Positions 1 through 20,300 of a stretch of 64,000 bases of DNA are shown here, one piece after another. Under the pieces are notes generated by a model. It was not told the origin of the DNA, ran no database searches, and worked only from the letters and a program-made list of their open reading frames with translations. The stretch spans positions 8,340,043 to 8,404,042 of the forward strand of contig NW_002060947.1 of assembly GCF_000150275.1 (NCBI RefSeq). The letters run 5' to 3'. The DNA is from Trichoplax adhaerens (Eukaryota > Animalia > Placozoa). Within the stretch, counting starts at the first letter, position 1, and the number at the start of each line of letters is the position of its first letter. The position numbers and the translations under genes were made by a program.

Positions 1-20
1 GACGTCTCTCTTTTATCTAG

Positions 21-186
21 GATGCAAAAGAGAGCAAAGTTTAGTCGTCGCCGGCAACATTTTGATGAGAATGATGTGGACTACATTAATGAAAGAAATG
101 CTGTGTTCAATAAGAAAATTGCTCGATTCTACAACAAATATACTGCTGAAATTAAGCAAAATCTTGAACGCGGTACTGCTATCTAA
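21..186 (+). CDS. SYF2: Pre-mRNA-splicing factor SYF2, last coding exon (gene begins before the window)
   Basis: After a pyrimidine tract and AG (19-20) the exon reads [54 protein letters not shown], the conserved SYF2 C-terminus ([28 protein letters not shown]). TAA at 184-186. Confidence 0.95.
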
Positions 187-1309
187 TGGGCAAATGCAAG
201 ATGGATTTCGGCATATTTTGTTGACATTTTGATACGTAACCTGCTGTACGTTTACGTTACGCAGGGTTGCAATGTATTATAGTTATTTGTGTCATTATAA
301 TTCGGCTCCATGGTGTCAATCATTGCGCAGTAGCTAGAGAAAATCTTCGACTTGATGGAAGCTGTTGATGATACTATTGGCTTTATCAGCCATACCTATA
401 ACCAAGGTTCATGACACATTCGATTGATATGTACATGTTGTATGGAGATATTGCACATTTTGACAACAATGTTTGTATTATTATATTGAATGATCTTTGA
501 AAACCATTTGCTATAGGACATTAATTGTAAGATATCTCGTATAAGGCTATTACCTTCATGTTTAGATTACATTAATAAACGTGTTGAGTTTCAATGGCAA
601 TTATTTGGCTGAAAGAAGTTGTTCGTTTCGTCTGAATCCCCACTACTTTGGCATTAAGTGTGTTTTGAGAAATCCAGTAGAAAGTGTACAATATATTCGA
701 TTAAGCCCTGCTCTATCCATTGACCTTTGGTTGATTAACTGATTTACCTATTCCCTGTTATCTTGTATACTATTTAACGTGCTTGTCGAATCAATACTAT
801 TAGATATAGTTCTTTGTACACGACGGATGATTGAATTAAGACTTTATTTATGCATTGCAATTGAACCAGTGAGACATGGTGTACAACACAGAGCACACTA
901 CAGTCTACAGCATCATTTCATTTGGGAATAAACTTGAGCGAAAGGCACTGAGTAGAGTAGTATAGAAATTCACAACATAATAGTGATGTAAAACTGGCCT
1001 TTTAAGCACAATATCAGCGACTGGCCAGAAAGGATTTTCATCCTTCAAGCTAAATACTCCTTCTGTCTTGTGATTATGGGATTGGGATTAAGAATTTCTG
1101 TGGTGATACAGTATTTGTATAGCGATTGCACCCATTTCGGGTTGAAAATCAACAATTTGGTGGGGTTTTATCGGTTTGACAACTGTCCAATGGTGTCCAT
1201 TATTTATCATGAGAGACCCTTAAATTAGTTAGTGTCCATTTAGTGATTGGACTATAAAGACAAAATGCCTGGACTGGACATTCCTTTGGATGGACAGACG
1301 TCTGGCCTA

Positions 1310-2170
1310 CTTACTGTACTGTAGGTCAATAAATTATGTCAAGCACTTTTTACTGTACAGTACTGTACAGTACAATACAGCAGAGTGTACAGTATAGTAC
1401 AGTACAGTACAGTAGTATGGCAGTATTTTACTATGCAGACAGTTGAGTTTGAATTGACTAATTTTTTCTAAATTAAGTAATATTACATTGTATTCCATTA
1501 GCTGTTACTAAGCTCTGCTTGGAAGCAGTAAATTTTAATCATGAATGTTATTCATATTGATACAAATGGTTTAGAGAACAGATATAGAAGATTCATACTG
1601 AGTACTGTATTGTACACTAGTGTACAGTAGTAATTTTTCGGTACAGTATGAAATGTCCGTTTTTTTGCGGAGAGTGTTCTGTCCAGCTGTCCAGATATTT
1701 TTCCAGGAGTCTATGATTAGTTTACACATGGACCGATGCAGTAACATACAAGTAAAGCAAACTGTACTGTACCAATTTGTAAGGAGACGTAACTCTGTAC
1801 CGGTCCGGTCCGGACAAGGCTATTTCTCCATGCTGGACTACTTTACCGCAGTGTATTGTACTGTACTGTACAGTATACTGTCCCCATTGTACAGTACAGT
1901 ACAGTACAGTTATAATAATTACTTCAGCTTGTTTTACCGGCAAGATCATATAGTACAGTACTGTACAGTACGCTACAGTACAGTACTGTCTATACTCAGT
2001 GTTCTGTGTAGAGTACTGTACTGTATACTGAAATTCCCACTCAGGTATAAGGCGGAAAAAAACCAATTTTTTCACACCATGGTGTCAGACTGCCAGCCCC
2101 GCCACAATAGTAACAGTCTACAGTAATAACAGAGTCGAGTCATCGTGTACTGTACAGTGTACTGTATAGT
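1310..2170. repeat. Low-complexity TACAG/TACTG (CTGTA) pentamer tracts containing perfect palindromes
   Basis: Dense runs, e.g. tactgtacagtactgtacagta (1351-1372, perfect palindrome), tgtacactagtgtaca (1611-1626), acagtacagtacagtacagt (1891-1910). These explain the spurious YCTV/VQYS-rich ORFs at 1620-2126 and 1722-2075. Confidence 0.85.
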
Positions 2171-2580
2171 ACGTGCGCACTGCGCCGTAGCTACCTGTCA
2201 TGTTTTATAGACGAGCGTTGAAGCGCTCGGGTCAATCAGCAGCTTGGGCTCGTGCCGGCAAGGACTGTAGTGGGAAACAGGTGTTTGACTGACTTCCAAT
2301 TTGGCTACATTGCATATTCAACTTTATCAAACGAACATAACAACGGTAAATTATAACAAAAAATGTTAATATTACAGTAGCAAGTACTGACCCACTTTTA
2401 TGTGCTGTAATGGCTTATTCATAAATTAGTATCCAGTACAAAAGACAAATTACAATTTGATAATTATTTCACCTGAGCTCGTCGTAATCAACATCACTAT
2501 GGAAAACCATCGAGGGCTGTACAGTGTACAGTGTACAGTACTATACAGTGTAAGTCTACAGTGTACAGTACAATACTGTA

Positions 2581-2770
2581 GTACTTCTGCATCTGAGTGA
2601 GATGTCTCTCCGAACTCCGTCTGAGTAGCGGCTGACTGAAGTGATGGTACCGTATTGTGGTACTACGGTGGCTCACAAGCCACCGTAGTGTACTGTACAG
2701 TACAGTACTGTACTTCTGCATCGGAGTGAGATGTCTCTCCGAACTCCGTCTGAGTAGCGGCTGACTGAAG
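2581..2770. repeat. ~61-bp direct repeat pair (2581-2641, 2710-2770) flanking a perfect 12-bp GC-rich hairpin
   Basis: gtacttctgcatc(t/g)gagtgagatgtctctccgaactccgtctgagtagcggctgactgaag occurs twice with one mismatch. The spacer holds actacggtggct-caca-agccaccgtagt (2662-2689) and TACAG runs. Confidence 0.9.
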
Positions 2771-2981
2771 CGAATACCGTCAGACAGTAGCCCACTTCAG
2801 TGACGCGATACTCCATACCTTGACGGCCATGTAGCATCGTGTCATACTGTAGCCCTATTGGTAGAGTAGTGTTACGCCTACAATACTACTCTTTCCACAA
2901 TGAACTAATAACGGCAAGACGTTGTGATGACTGACCTCTGCCCCTATCTGTGTGTCAATACGTTAGACGGTTGAAGCGACA

Positions 2982-6094
<3,113 letters not shown>

Positions 6095-6934
6095 TTAGCT
6101 CGTGAAAACGCGTTTACTACTACAACTATGTAAACGGTAGACGTAGCACTTTCTTTACCCAATTTTACAGTTGATACAACATTTTAATTAAATTTCGTAG
6201 CCAATCCGATGGCGAGTTCAACAGAAATATTCGAGTAAGTTGGTGCTATTTATCTGAAATAAACTGCACTATACAAGACTCTAGTGTCTTGAAGAATTAA
6301 ATTTTTATAGTTATCCTTTACCAGTGTAGCGACTAATTTATCACCACTATCACAGTCTGTCCAGCTGATCATGTTAAGGCTAGCTTACACATTACATAAC
6401 TATAAACTAGCACTTGTCGAATGACAATGGTGTGTTTTGATTTAATGCATGTTTTTATTGGTAATAATTATATATCATCACTATTGTTATAATTGTTAAT
6501 AAAATCGGATATTAACCAGAAGTAAAATTGCTTTTTTTTATCGCTCACGGTTAGGAATCAATGCACTTAGGCTTACACAGTATGATCAAGTCTTATTACA
6601 TGATAATAATATTCGTTCGAATGGTCCCTAATATAGGTTTTGGTAATTTTAAGATTCTATGATTACAATACTGCCAGTAATATCTTGACTTCTATCCAAT
6701 CAGTAATTCTATAGTTTAAAAGGATTATGGATTATGTAAGAAGATATTTATAATTTACAATTAATTACATCATGAACAACGTAGAATTGGCTCCGTAAAA
6801 CTAGATACGCTTAAGTCGAATATTACGGTAACTTTAATTACAAGATAGCCCACTTTGATGTTCACGTATGACGAATCCGTATAGCTATAACAGTTTGAAC
6901 TACGATCGAGTTGCAATAGCAATAAAAATACAAT

Positions 6935-11980
<5,046 letters not shown>

Positions 11981-13047
11981 GTCGATGATAGCAGGCAGAA
12001 TAGAAGACAGATTGAAATCTTCGACTTGTTGGTCGATAATTTTGGCTACTTTTAGGGGGGTGGTCGGGAACAGGTTGGAAGCGCGGCCCTGTTTTAAATC
12101 GAAGGAGATCGAGCGGGGGGGTATGATATACTGTGGAACATCAGAGCATCCTCGTCTATACCACTACCCATACTAGCGATTGTAGGGTAGTGATTTCTAT
12201 CATGTACCATTGAACGCGCTGGTGCTGTATGAGCTATAAAATACCGGTAGCTAACGTCCCTCGATACTCTCTATTCACTCGGTGAGGAATGTCGTCCGTC
12301 CGGACGGAATTCTGTATGGATGCTACTGGATGGTCGTCAGGTCGCTAGGCTGCTACCACACTGCAGTCAATCTGTTCTGGTAGCATGGACGAAATGAGCT
12401 ACAGAATATTGTGTAGTCGAGCACCTGAAAGGTGTTAACTGCCACGTTCAACTTTTCAATTTTCCATTTGGAGGCGCCACTTGAATAAATTGCCATTTCT
12501 ATTATTATATTTCACTTCTGCTCAATCATGCTTAGGCAACACCATAGCTCGAAATGTTGTAGACTAGTATCAATGTAGGATACTTACTGTCCAATCGCCC
12601 CAGTATCGATGATGGTTCAAATCATTTGCTGTACTGTGATATACAGCACTGCATACCGCATTGTGGATTGGTTCTTGACAGATAGTACAGTAGTTGTTGA
12701 GTGATTCTTCAACCACATCAAGGGCTGTTGTTGGCGATCTCCACAACTATGGAATAGAGTCGATTGTGACACTCCCCGACACTGCAGCCATCGCTGATGC
12801 TGCAGAAACGGCTTGACAGGTAAATTACTGTAGCCAGATCTGCAGGTAGCATCGTAAAATCGCATCGATTTTCATAAGATGCATGTAGCGATGTCAAGTT
12901 ATAGCCATAGCTAAACAGTATATTAAGTCCAGTCTATCGAGTGATCACACACTAATTATTCATTAAAGGGAATAATTGTAAACAAGCGTGCAAGAAAATG
13001 ATTCCTTTTTCCAATCGTCCATGCTACAGTATTCTCCATTGGTCGTC

Positions 13048-13150
13048 CTTGTACTGTACACTGTACTTTACAGTGCACAGTACTGTACATACTACAGTAT
13101 AAAGTACTGTGTTGCAGAGTGTACGGTACAACAGTTACAGTATCTACTGT
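13048..13150. repeat. TACAG/TACTG pentamer tract in the CTPS-PRDX4 divergent intergenic region
   Basis: gtactgtacactgtactttacagtgcacagtactgtacatactacagtataaagtactgtg..., ending about 95 bp before the PRDX4 ATG. Confidence 0.75.
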
Positions 13151-13245
13151 AGCCATCGACGTCATCATTGCTCCTGCTCGGCGTCTCCAGCCACTCAATC
13201 AAGTCTCGACTGTCTTGACGCCATCATTGCAATCGAAAAAGAAGC

Positions 13246-16200
13246 ATGAAATCCCTCTTGTTGGCCTTCTTTCTTACTTACTTATGGATAGAATCAGCAG
13301 TCCATGCTAATGATCAGTGTTATACCTATGCTGGTGGTAATGTCTATCCTGGAGAGCAATTAAGATCTGCATCGCATAACTTGCATTACAGCAAAGTTAA
13401 AAGTAAGTTGTTGCCATTTGTCACGATTATCCGTAATTGCATGCCAATGGAGGCGTGGACGATATTTCCTTCACTAGTTTGGTGAAAATAGCTTCATGGC
13501 CATATAGGATACAACGTGTAGCCTATTCATATAAAAAAGGAATAATTATTCTGTAGGCTTGACTGTCAAAAAGAATCATTTCATATAGAATAATAGGACA
13601 CCATCGTCTATTTTATTGCGGTCCGAAATTGGAATGGACACTTATGTTATAATCAAAATAGAGGACAGCACGATTGTAATGTCAATAAATAGAAAATTAT
13701 AAATAAATGATAGAATGACCACAGCTGTACATGGGTATCCAGGCAATACTTCTCTCTATTTCTTTTCTGGAATGGGATAGAATAGGAATAGAATAGAAGA
13801 TAGAACAATGATAATCACTGTATGTGTACCTAGGCAGGATTCTACTGGACTGTCTTGATGGATTTTGAAACAAGGATACAATAGGTGTGAACGAGTACAG
13901 TCTTCTAGGTAGCTACTGTAAAAATGGAGCTCCATACTCGTGGACGTGATCAATGACGGCGTTACTTCATCCAATAAGCAATTTACGAGCAGAAGGATTG
14001 AAATCATGCTCTTGGATGAATCCTGGATTAGTTGCTATAGACTGCTTTAGATACCGTGAAAGCCGATGTAACGTTCCAAAAAAAAGAAATAGAGTGTTCT
14101 AGCTACCCTTTCTATTTACTGGTCATACTGCAAAATGGATACTTTTCAATCATAACTATACGCATATGTTTCAGCTGCGCTCTCTTATAGTTATAAAATG
14201 ACTTTTGTTTCAATAGCTTGCGAATTCATCTTGCATCATAACAGTCAATTGCACCAATTCTTTGTAGGATAAAAATGAATCATTGAGTAAAGTAGACAAT
14301 GCGTTGGCATAGCGAACACTAATGCCCTTGATTGATGATATTTTTATCCAACAGTTTCCAAGCCTGCTCCACATTTTGAAGGTACTGCTGTCATTAATGG
14401 AGCTTTTAAAGATATCAAATTATCAGATTACAAAGGGAAATATTTGGTCTTCTTCTTTTATCCGATGGATTTGTAAGTCGAACTTCATCAATCAGTAAAT
14501 AAGATCAAAATGCTATAAACTAACAAACTATCAATTGTGATATTTCCTGCTCGAATTTGTTATATCGCTATACTCTTATTGTCTACATATTGACACAGTG
14601 CATGTATATTCGTATACGTACGTAAATGCGTGTAACTTATACTAGCGTTGTCATTAAAATGTAAACCAAGTTAATACTACACTGGCGACCTTGCTAAAGC
14701 TGCACAACGTAATCAACAAAGTCGGATAATACCAAAGATAAAACGCTATTTCACCTAAATCGATGACTATAGATAAGGGCAGTAATGACATTGCATGCAC
14801 GAAAATATTCATCCATTCGTATGCTCATTTGCATGCATAGGCGAGCAAGATGTGGATATCCCGTACTGGAGTAGCGTGACTAGAGTTGCATTATTCTCTC
14901 TTATACAAGTGTACCCGAGACAGCCTATTAAAAATCTTTTGAAATACAATATGCTAACGGCCATTAAGAATATCTTTTTGATACTAATGACGATGATATA
15001 AAATAGTTCAAACTGCATGATTTCTACTAGAGACCCTGAAGAGATAAATAGAGTAGCGGCTTCTGTAATGCATACTTACAATATGTTATCTTCTACTTTA
15101 TTACTTATCTTGATTTGTTTGCAGTCGTTTTAAGCTCAGAGAATGGGTCGATAGTTGAAATTGTAATCATCTGAGCTTATGTCCTATTTTTATAATATCT
15201 TTACAGCACCTTCGTTTGCCCAACTGAAATTATCGCTTTCAGCGACAGAGTCAGTGAATTTCATGCTATAAATGCTGAAGTCGTGGCTTGTTCAACTGAC
15301 TCAAAATTTACTCATTTAGCTTGGTAAGTTTTCTTATTACTAAACTCTTTCCAACTGTTTACTTAAATTGAAACGATAAACAGATGTAATAGTTGTCGCT
15401 AGATAAAATATTGATCTTGATTTTACCGATATACTCGTACTCATACAGCAAGTAGCGATCACATAGGCCTATTCTACAATTAAGAATAACGATGATTTAT
15501 TAAACTTAATAAATAAGCTTATTCAGTCTGAAGTTATAAATCATGAGCAATTGTAGTCTGTATTAATCGAAATTTTCTACTTAATTGAAAAACGCTACAC
15601 TGTTAATGAGTCACAGCTAGCTTTCAATTTTTCAATAGGACTACTGTCAAAAATAATTGAAAGTTTTTATCTATGCTCTGCAGTTTTCATGCTTCAGATT
15701 GATAAAAAAATTTATAATTTATAATTTTACACAGGGTAAAGACGACCCGTAAACAAGGTGGACTTGGCAGTATGAAAATACCTCTGCTATCTGATATTAC
15801 ACATCAAATTGCTAGAGATTACGGTGTCTACTTAGAAAAGGAAGGCCATGCCTTAAGGTCACTTAGATAATATTGCCTACTGTACAAGTTTGTGTCTATT
15901 TGATGAGGGTTTATGATACCTTGTGTGTTTCGACCGGTGTCGGGCATGAGAGTTTATTGAATCACTTCATTTCAACATAATTTTCATGTCATTTTTAGTC
16001 TAATTGATAAAGTCATTGATGCGAAAGTCTGTCCAGTGTAATGTTGACGTGCCTACTAAATATGATAAACGTATTTGCTTGCAGAGGTCTTTTCATAATT
16101 GACGATAAAGGTATTCTGCGTCAAATTACTATGAACGACTTACCGGTTAGTAAAAGTGAAGCCACTAGTTGAATATAATGATAATCTCATTAGTAGAAAA

Positions 16201-16636
16201 GATGAAAAACAAGAAGACACAGCGCCGCTTTATAACGATATACTGTATTCGTATTTGCTAACTGGACATGTAGGTCGGCCGCTCAGTTGATGAAACGCTA
16301 AGACTGGTGCAAGCTTTTCAATATACAGATAAACATGGGGAAGGTATCCACGTACAATGCACTTGCGGTTATGATTTTGAACAACCGTCATTTTATCTGA
16401 TAATAATCATCTTTTTCTCTACTTTCTATTAGTATGTCCTGCTAATTGGAAGCCCGGTGGTGCTACGGTAATAATAAATTTATATTCTGGACTATAAAGA
16501 AATAGCAGTAACATTTCGATTTTTCCATAATCCTGATTTCAACTCATCATTACGGTCATTTCTCCATTGCTTGTAGATTGTACCTGATCCAGAAAAGAAA
16601 TTGGACTACTTCTCAGAACAAAACAAGGACGAATAA
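13246..16636 (+). CDS. PRDX4: Peroxiredoxin-4 (secretory/ER typical 2-Cys peroxiredoxin), 8 exons
   Basis: Signal peptide [21 protein letters not shown], then the Prx4-type N-terminal [11 protein letters not shown]; [15 protein letters not shown] (peroxidatic Cys); GGLG; ALRGLFIID; [20 protein letters not shown]; GEVCPANW (resolving Cys); ends [10 protein letters not shown]. Confidence 0.96.
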
Positions 16637-17399
16637 TTTAATAACATCAACAATGCCAAGACCAAAGTTAATAGCCTTGCGATATATTTTTTTAAACGTC
16701 AATAGTTTATAATTATGATTGATCGTAACCGATCTCAATTGTAGTTCTAAACCTCATATAAAGATAACTAGCAATAAATGTATTTTTATATCAAGCTGAA
16801 ACTATGCTTTTTAAAACTTCTCCTCTTATATTTATTGAAATAATTGATGCAGTATTTCAGGATTTGTTCCTCTAAGCTGAAACAATAAAGCAGTAAAGTA
16901 GTACTAACAATTATTTCCTTTAATTACAGTAAAAAATTACTGCCCAATGACGAACAGTAGACGCAGCAAGTAACATACAGTATAGATAATTGTTACGCTC
17001 TTCGTACTTCAAAATTGATACGGGTAGTTAAAATATCAGTAGAATGGTTTAAAATTAAAATTATTATATAGTAATCTGATTACCCCATTGTGAAATTTTA
17101 CAATGGAATTTACTTTAGCAGTTCTTGTACACTAGCTACGTAAAAGCTATCAAAAGTTGCAAACGTAAATATTACAATATACACAATAGTGTCGATCACC
17201 GATATGACTACTATAGTTTCAATCAAGTGCATGTTGTATTAAATGCATTATACAATCTGCATATCAGAGTCTAAAGTTCAATAGCTGACCCTTGTGCACC
17301 CAGAGCTTTAAAAACTGTACGCATTTATAACTTCGTATCACGCATAATGACAATCATCATACGAATATAACGTCCGTAATTAAGTGCGCAATAACACAT

Positions 17400-20300
17400 T
17401 TAACGAGAAAACTGCCTATTTCCACCGGCAAAATTAGACCTATTAAAGACTTGAGATTTCTTTTCAGCTTTGTTAGATCTCTTAAAACCACTACCAAAGC
17501 TACTGTTACCTCCACGACGTTGAAACTTGTCCTTTTTACTACTAGAAATATCTATTTTAAATACCAGTTAAGTTAAAATTGTACGAAAACAAAACAAACA
17601 CATTTTTAAACTATAAACATAGTAGACAGCAGTATATCAGATAAAAGGATACTAAGGTTTACACTGGGTGGACACGCAAAGCCAAACGCTCTCGCAATAG
17701 CTTGTAAATCCAAAGAGTTAACGTTGAAGATATTTTTATGTTGATGAGACGCATATGCCATTAAATACGATCGATAAGCATCCTTTGCAGATTTGTGAAG
17801 ATAATAATTCTTTTCGATTAACTTCTCTAGCTGTGCATGAGAAAAAATAATAGATACCATAAACGATCTGATATAAATTGAAATAAACCATTTCGCAATA
17901 TTTGTGTTTCAACCTATCACAAAAAATTAGCTACTACTTACCTGAGACTGGATGTTAACAACCTTGGTGGACGCAAATTCATATTCACTAAGAGGAACCT
18001 GAGTGGTGCATAGTAGAATTCGACGCATATTTTAGTTTTTGCTTCTAAGTTACGATGACAACACGATCTAGCAATAGTACCTTAGCATGCTTTAGATAAC
18101 GCAAGAACGCCAATTCCTCTGGCATAAGGAAAAGTAATGCATGTCCCCTACTATTTTCTCCTCTGGCAGTTCGACCAACTCTGTGAATGTATTCCTAATA
18201 ACAGCGTAAGATGATTACATTTGATGTGTTAATGTTATAATTATAAATACTTTCGCTCACTTTAGGATCGTCTGGAGGATCATATTGCACAATCCAATCA
18301 ACTTCTGGTATATCAAGGCCTCGTGCAGCGACATCAGTACATAAAAGGATTCCTTCTTTTGCATTGCAAAAATCAAAAAATGTAGCAGTTCTCTTCTGTT
18401 GTTTTTGTCTACCCTGAAGGATATTTTAAAGAGTAATGCCTTAGTAGTATATATTGAACTGCTGTGCTCTATTATGCACTCTTGATTGCGCAAGAATTAA
18501 GTGAATTCTGGGGTATTATTTAGAACATACATGAATGTCCGTCACAGCCAAATCAACGTAATTTAATAATTCCGAGTGAAATTTAACGGAATTACATGAG
18601 GAAAAGAAAACCATAACCTTCTTGTTTCGATTTTTCTTAAGGAAAGTAAATAACAATAAAAATCTCCTGTCCGATGGACAAACAACGTAACCCTAATAAA
18701 GAAAAACAACAAAAAAGAGATTACTTCACGAATTGCATGTACTACTGAATCATGTAAATTAAATGCACTTGATCTCATTAAACTTACAATTACAAATTAC
18801 AATAATTGAACTTACTTGTTCTAAGCCGTCTACAGTAGCAACATCTCGATCATCGTCAACACCAATATATAACGGGGACTTTTTTAGGGATATTCGTGCC
18901 AAGTCTTCAACATTTCTGGTTTGTGTTGCTGAAAACATTACAGTTTGCCTTCGACCTTAAAAGTAGCAAGAAAATAAATATGTATTTTACCGCAACAAAT
19001 CTTCAACTAGTATAGCCGCACTAAAATAAATTAAAAGATGAAAATATAATATTCTAACTAGGTAATAATCGAACGATTTGCTTCATTTCATCTTCAAAAC
19101 CGATTTGAAGAATTCTGTCGGCCTCATCAATTATCAAACACTGAAGATTTTTGCTTACGAAACCATTTGTATTCTAAAATTAATGACCACGATTAGGATC
19201 TGGCTACAGCATCTTAATATTGCACAGCTATGATTAAGAAATGACGTACCTGAAGATGATCTAATAATCTTCCAGGAGTAGCAATTAACAGATTAACACC
19301 TTTTTGTAGCTTTTCTGCCTCAGTCTTCCTATTGGCACCACCCATAATTAATCCAAATGTATACCGATGGTACTTTAGTAAATCACGAGCTACACCATAT
19401 GTTTGCAATGACAATTCCCTTGTTGGTGAAATAATTATAATTCCTGTGCCTATCATGTGCAATTAAAATATTTGCTAGCTGAGTTGAAGGTAGCAACAAC
19501 ACAATAACCTGTGCCTGTTCATGTAGGAATGCACTAAAGCCAACACTAACCAGTTCTTGGCATAAAATTTAATTTATGTAAAAGTTCAACGGCAGGTATT
19601 AAGAATGCAAGAGTCTTGCCACTACCTGTCCTAGCTGCTCCTAGAACATCTCTAATTTCAATAAAATATGAATAATTAGTAAATGATACAAAAAGATAGC
19701 TGAGCAGTACAAAGAGAGCCATAATTTTTACTTTGAAGCGCTAGCAACAAACATTCAGTATACATCGACAGATATAATTATTTCCAGCATTTGTATAAAT
19801 TATTGAGAGGTTACTACCTGCCCATCAAGAGATGCGGAATTGTCTTATGCTGAATTTGGGTCATATTAGTAAATGACATATCGCTTATGGCTTTTATAGT
19901 ATTTTCCGATATATATGACTTTAAGGTACTAAACGAAGTATCGGTATTCCCAATGAGCTCTTCGATGTTGCTAGTAGCTTTAAAAACGAAAGGACAATTA
20001 CAAAAGGTATCTAAAGCACAGGGTAATCCAGCTACTACGTACATAAATTAACTTACCGACTTCGCTTTCGTCTTCGTTAGGTTTACTGTCATCGAGTTTC
20101 TGTATTTTGGATTGGACACCTATAATATCAATAGTTATTTCGAGTTAAAATGCCTGGGCATTAGGCGTCAAATAGCTCAGCCGGGTTACATATTGCAATG
20201 TAATATTAATTAATAAATGAAAAAACCATGATTTACTGTACAAAAGTATATTAATTTCAGGGAAGTATGATTCTGAAATAGGACATCGAGCATAAATACT

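Noticed and set aside
1620-2126. 168-aa (+) and 117-aa (-) ORFs, plus similar ones at 2497-2721, 12956-13198 and 23383-23661
   Set aside because: They are translations of TACAG/TACTG tracts (YCTV/VQYS runs), which are naturally stop-poor; there is no domain or splice support.
16344-16431. PRDX4 intron starting GTATCCAC as a U12 intron
   Set aside because: It mismatches the consensus at +7/+8, lacks a CCTTAAC-like branch and has a strong pyrimidine tract, so it looks U2-type.
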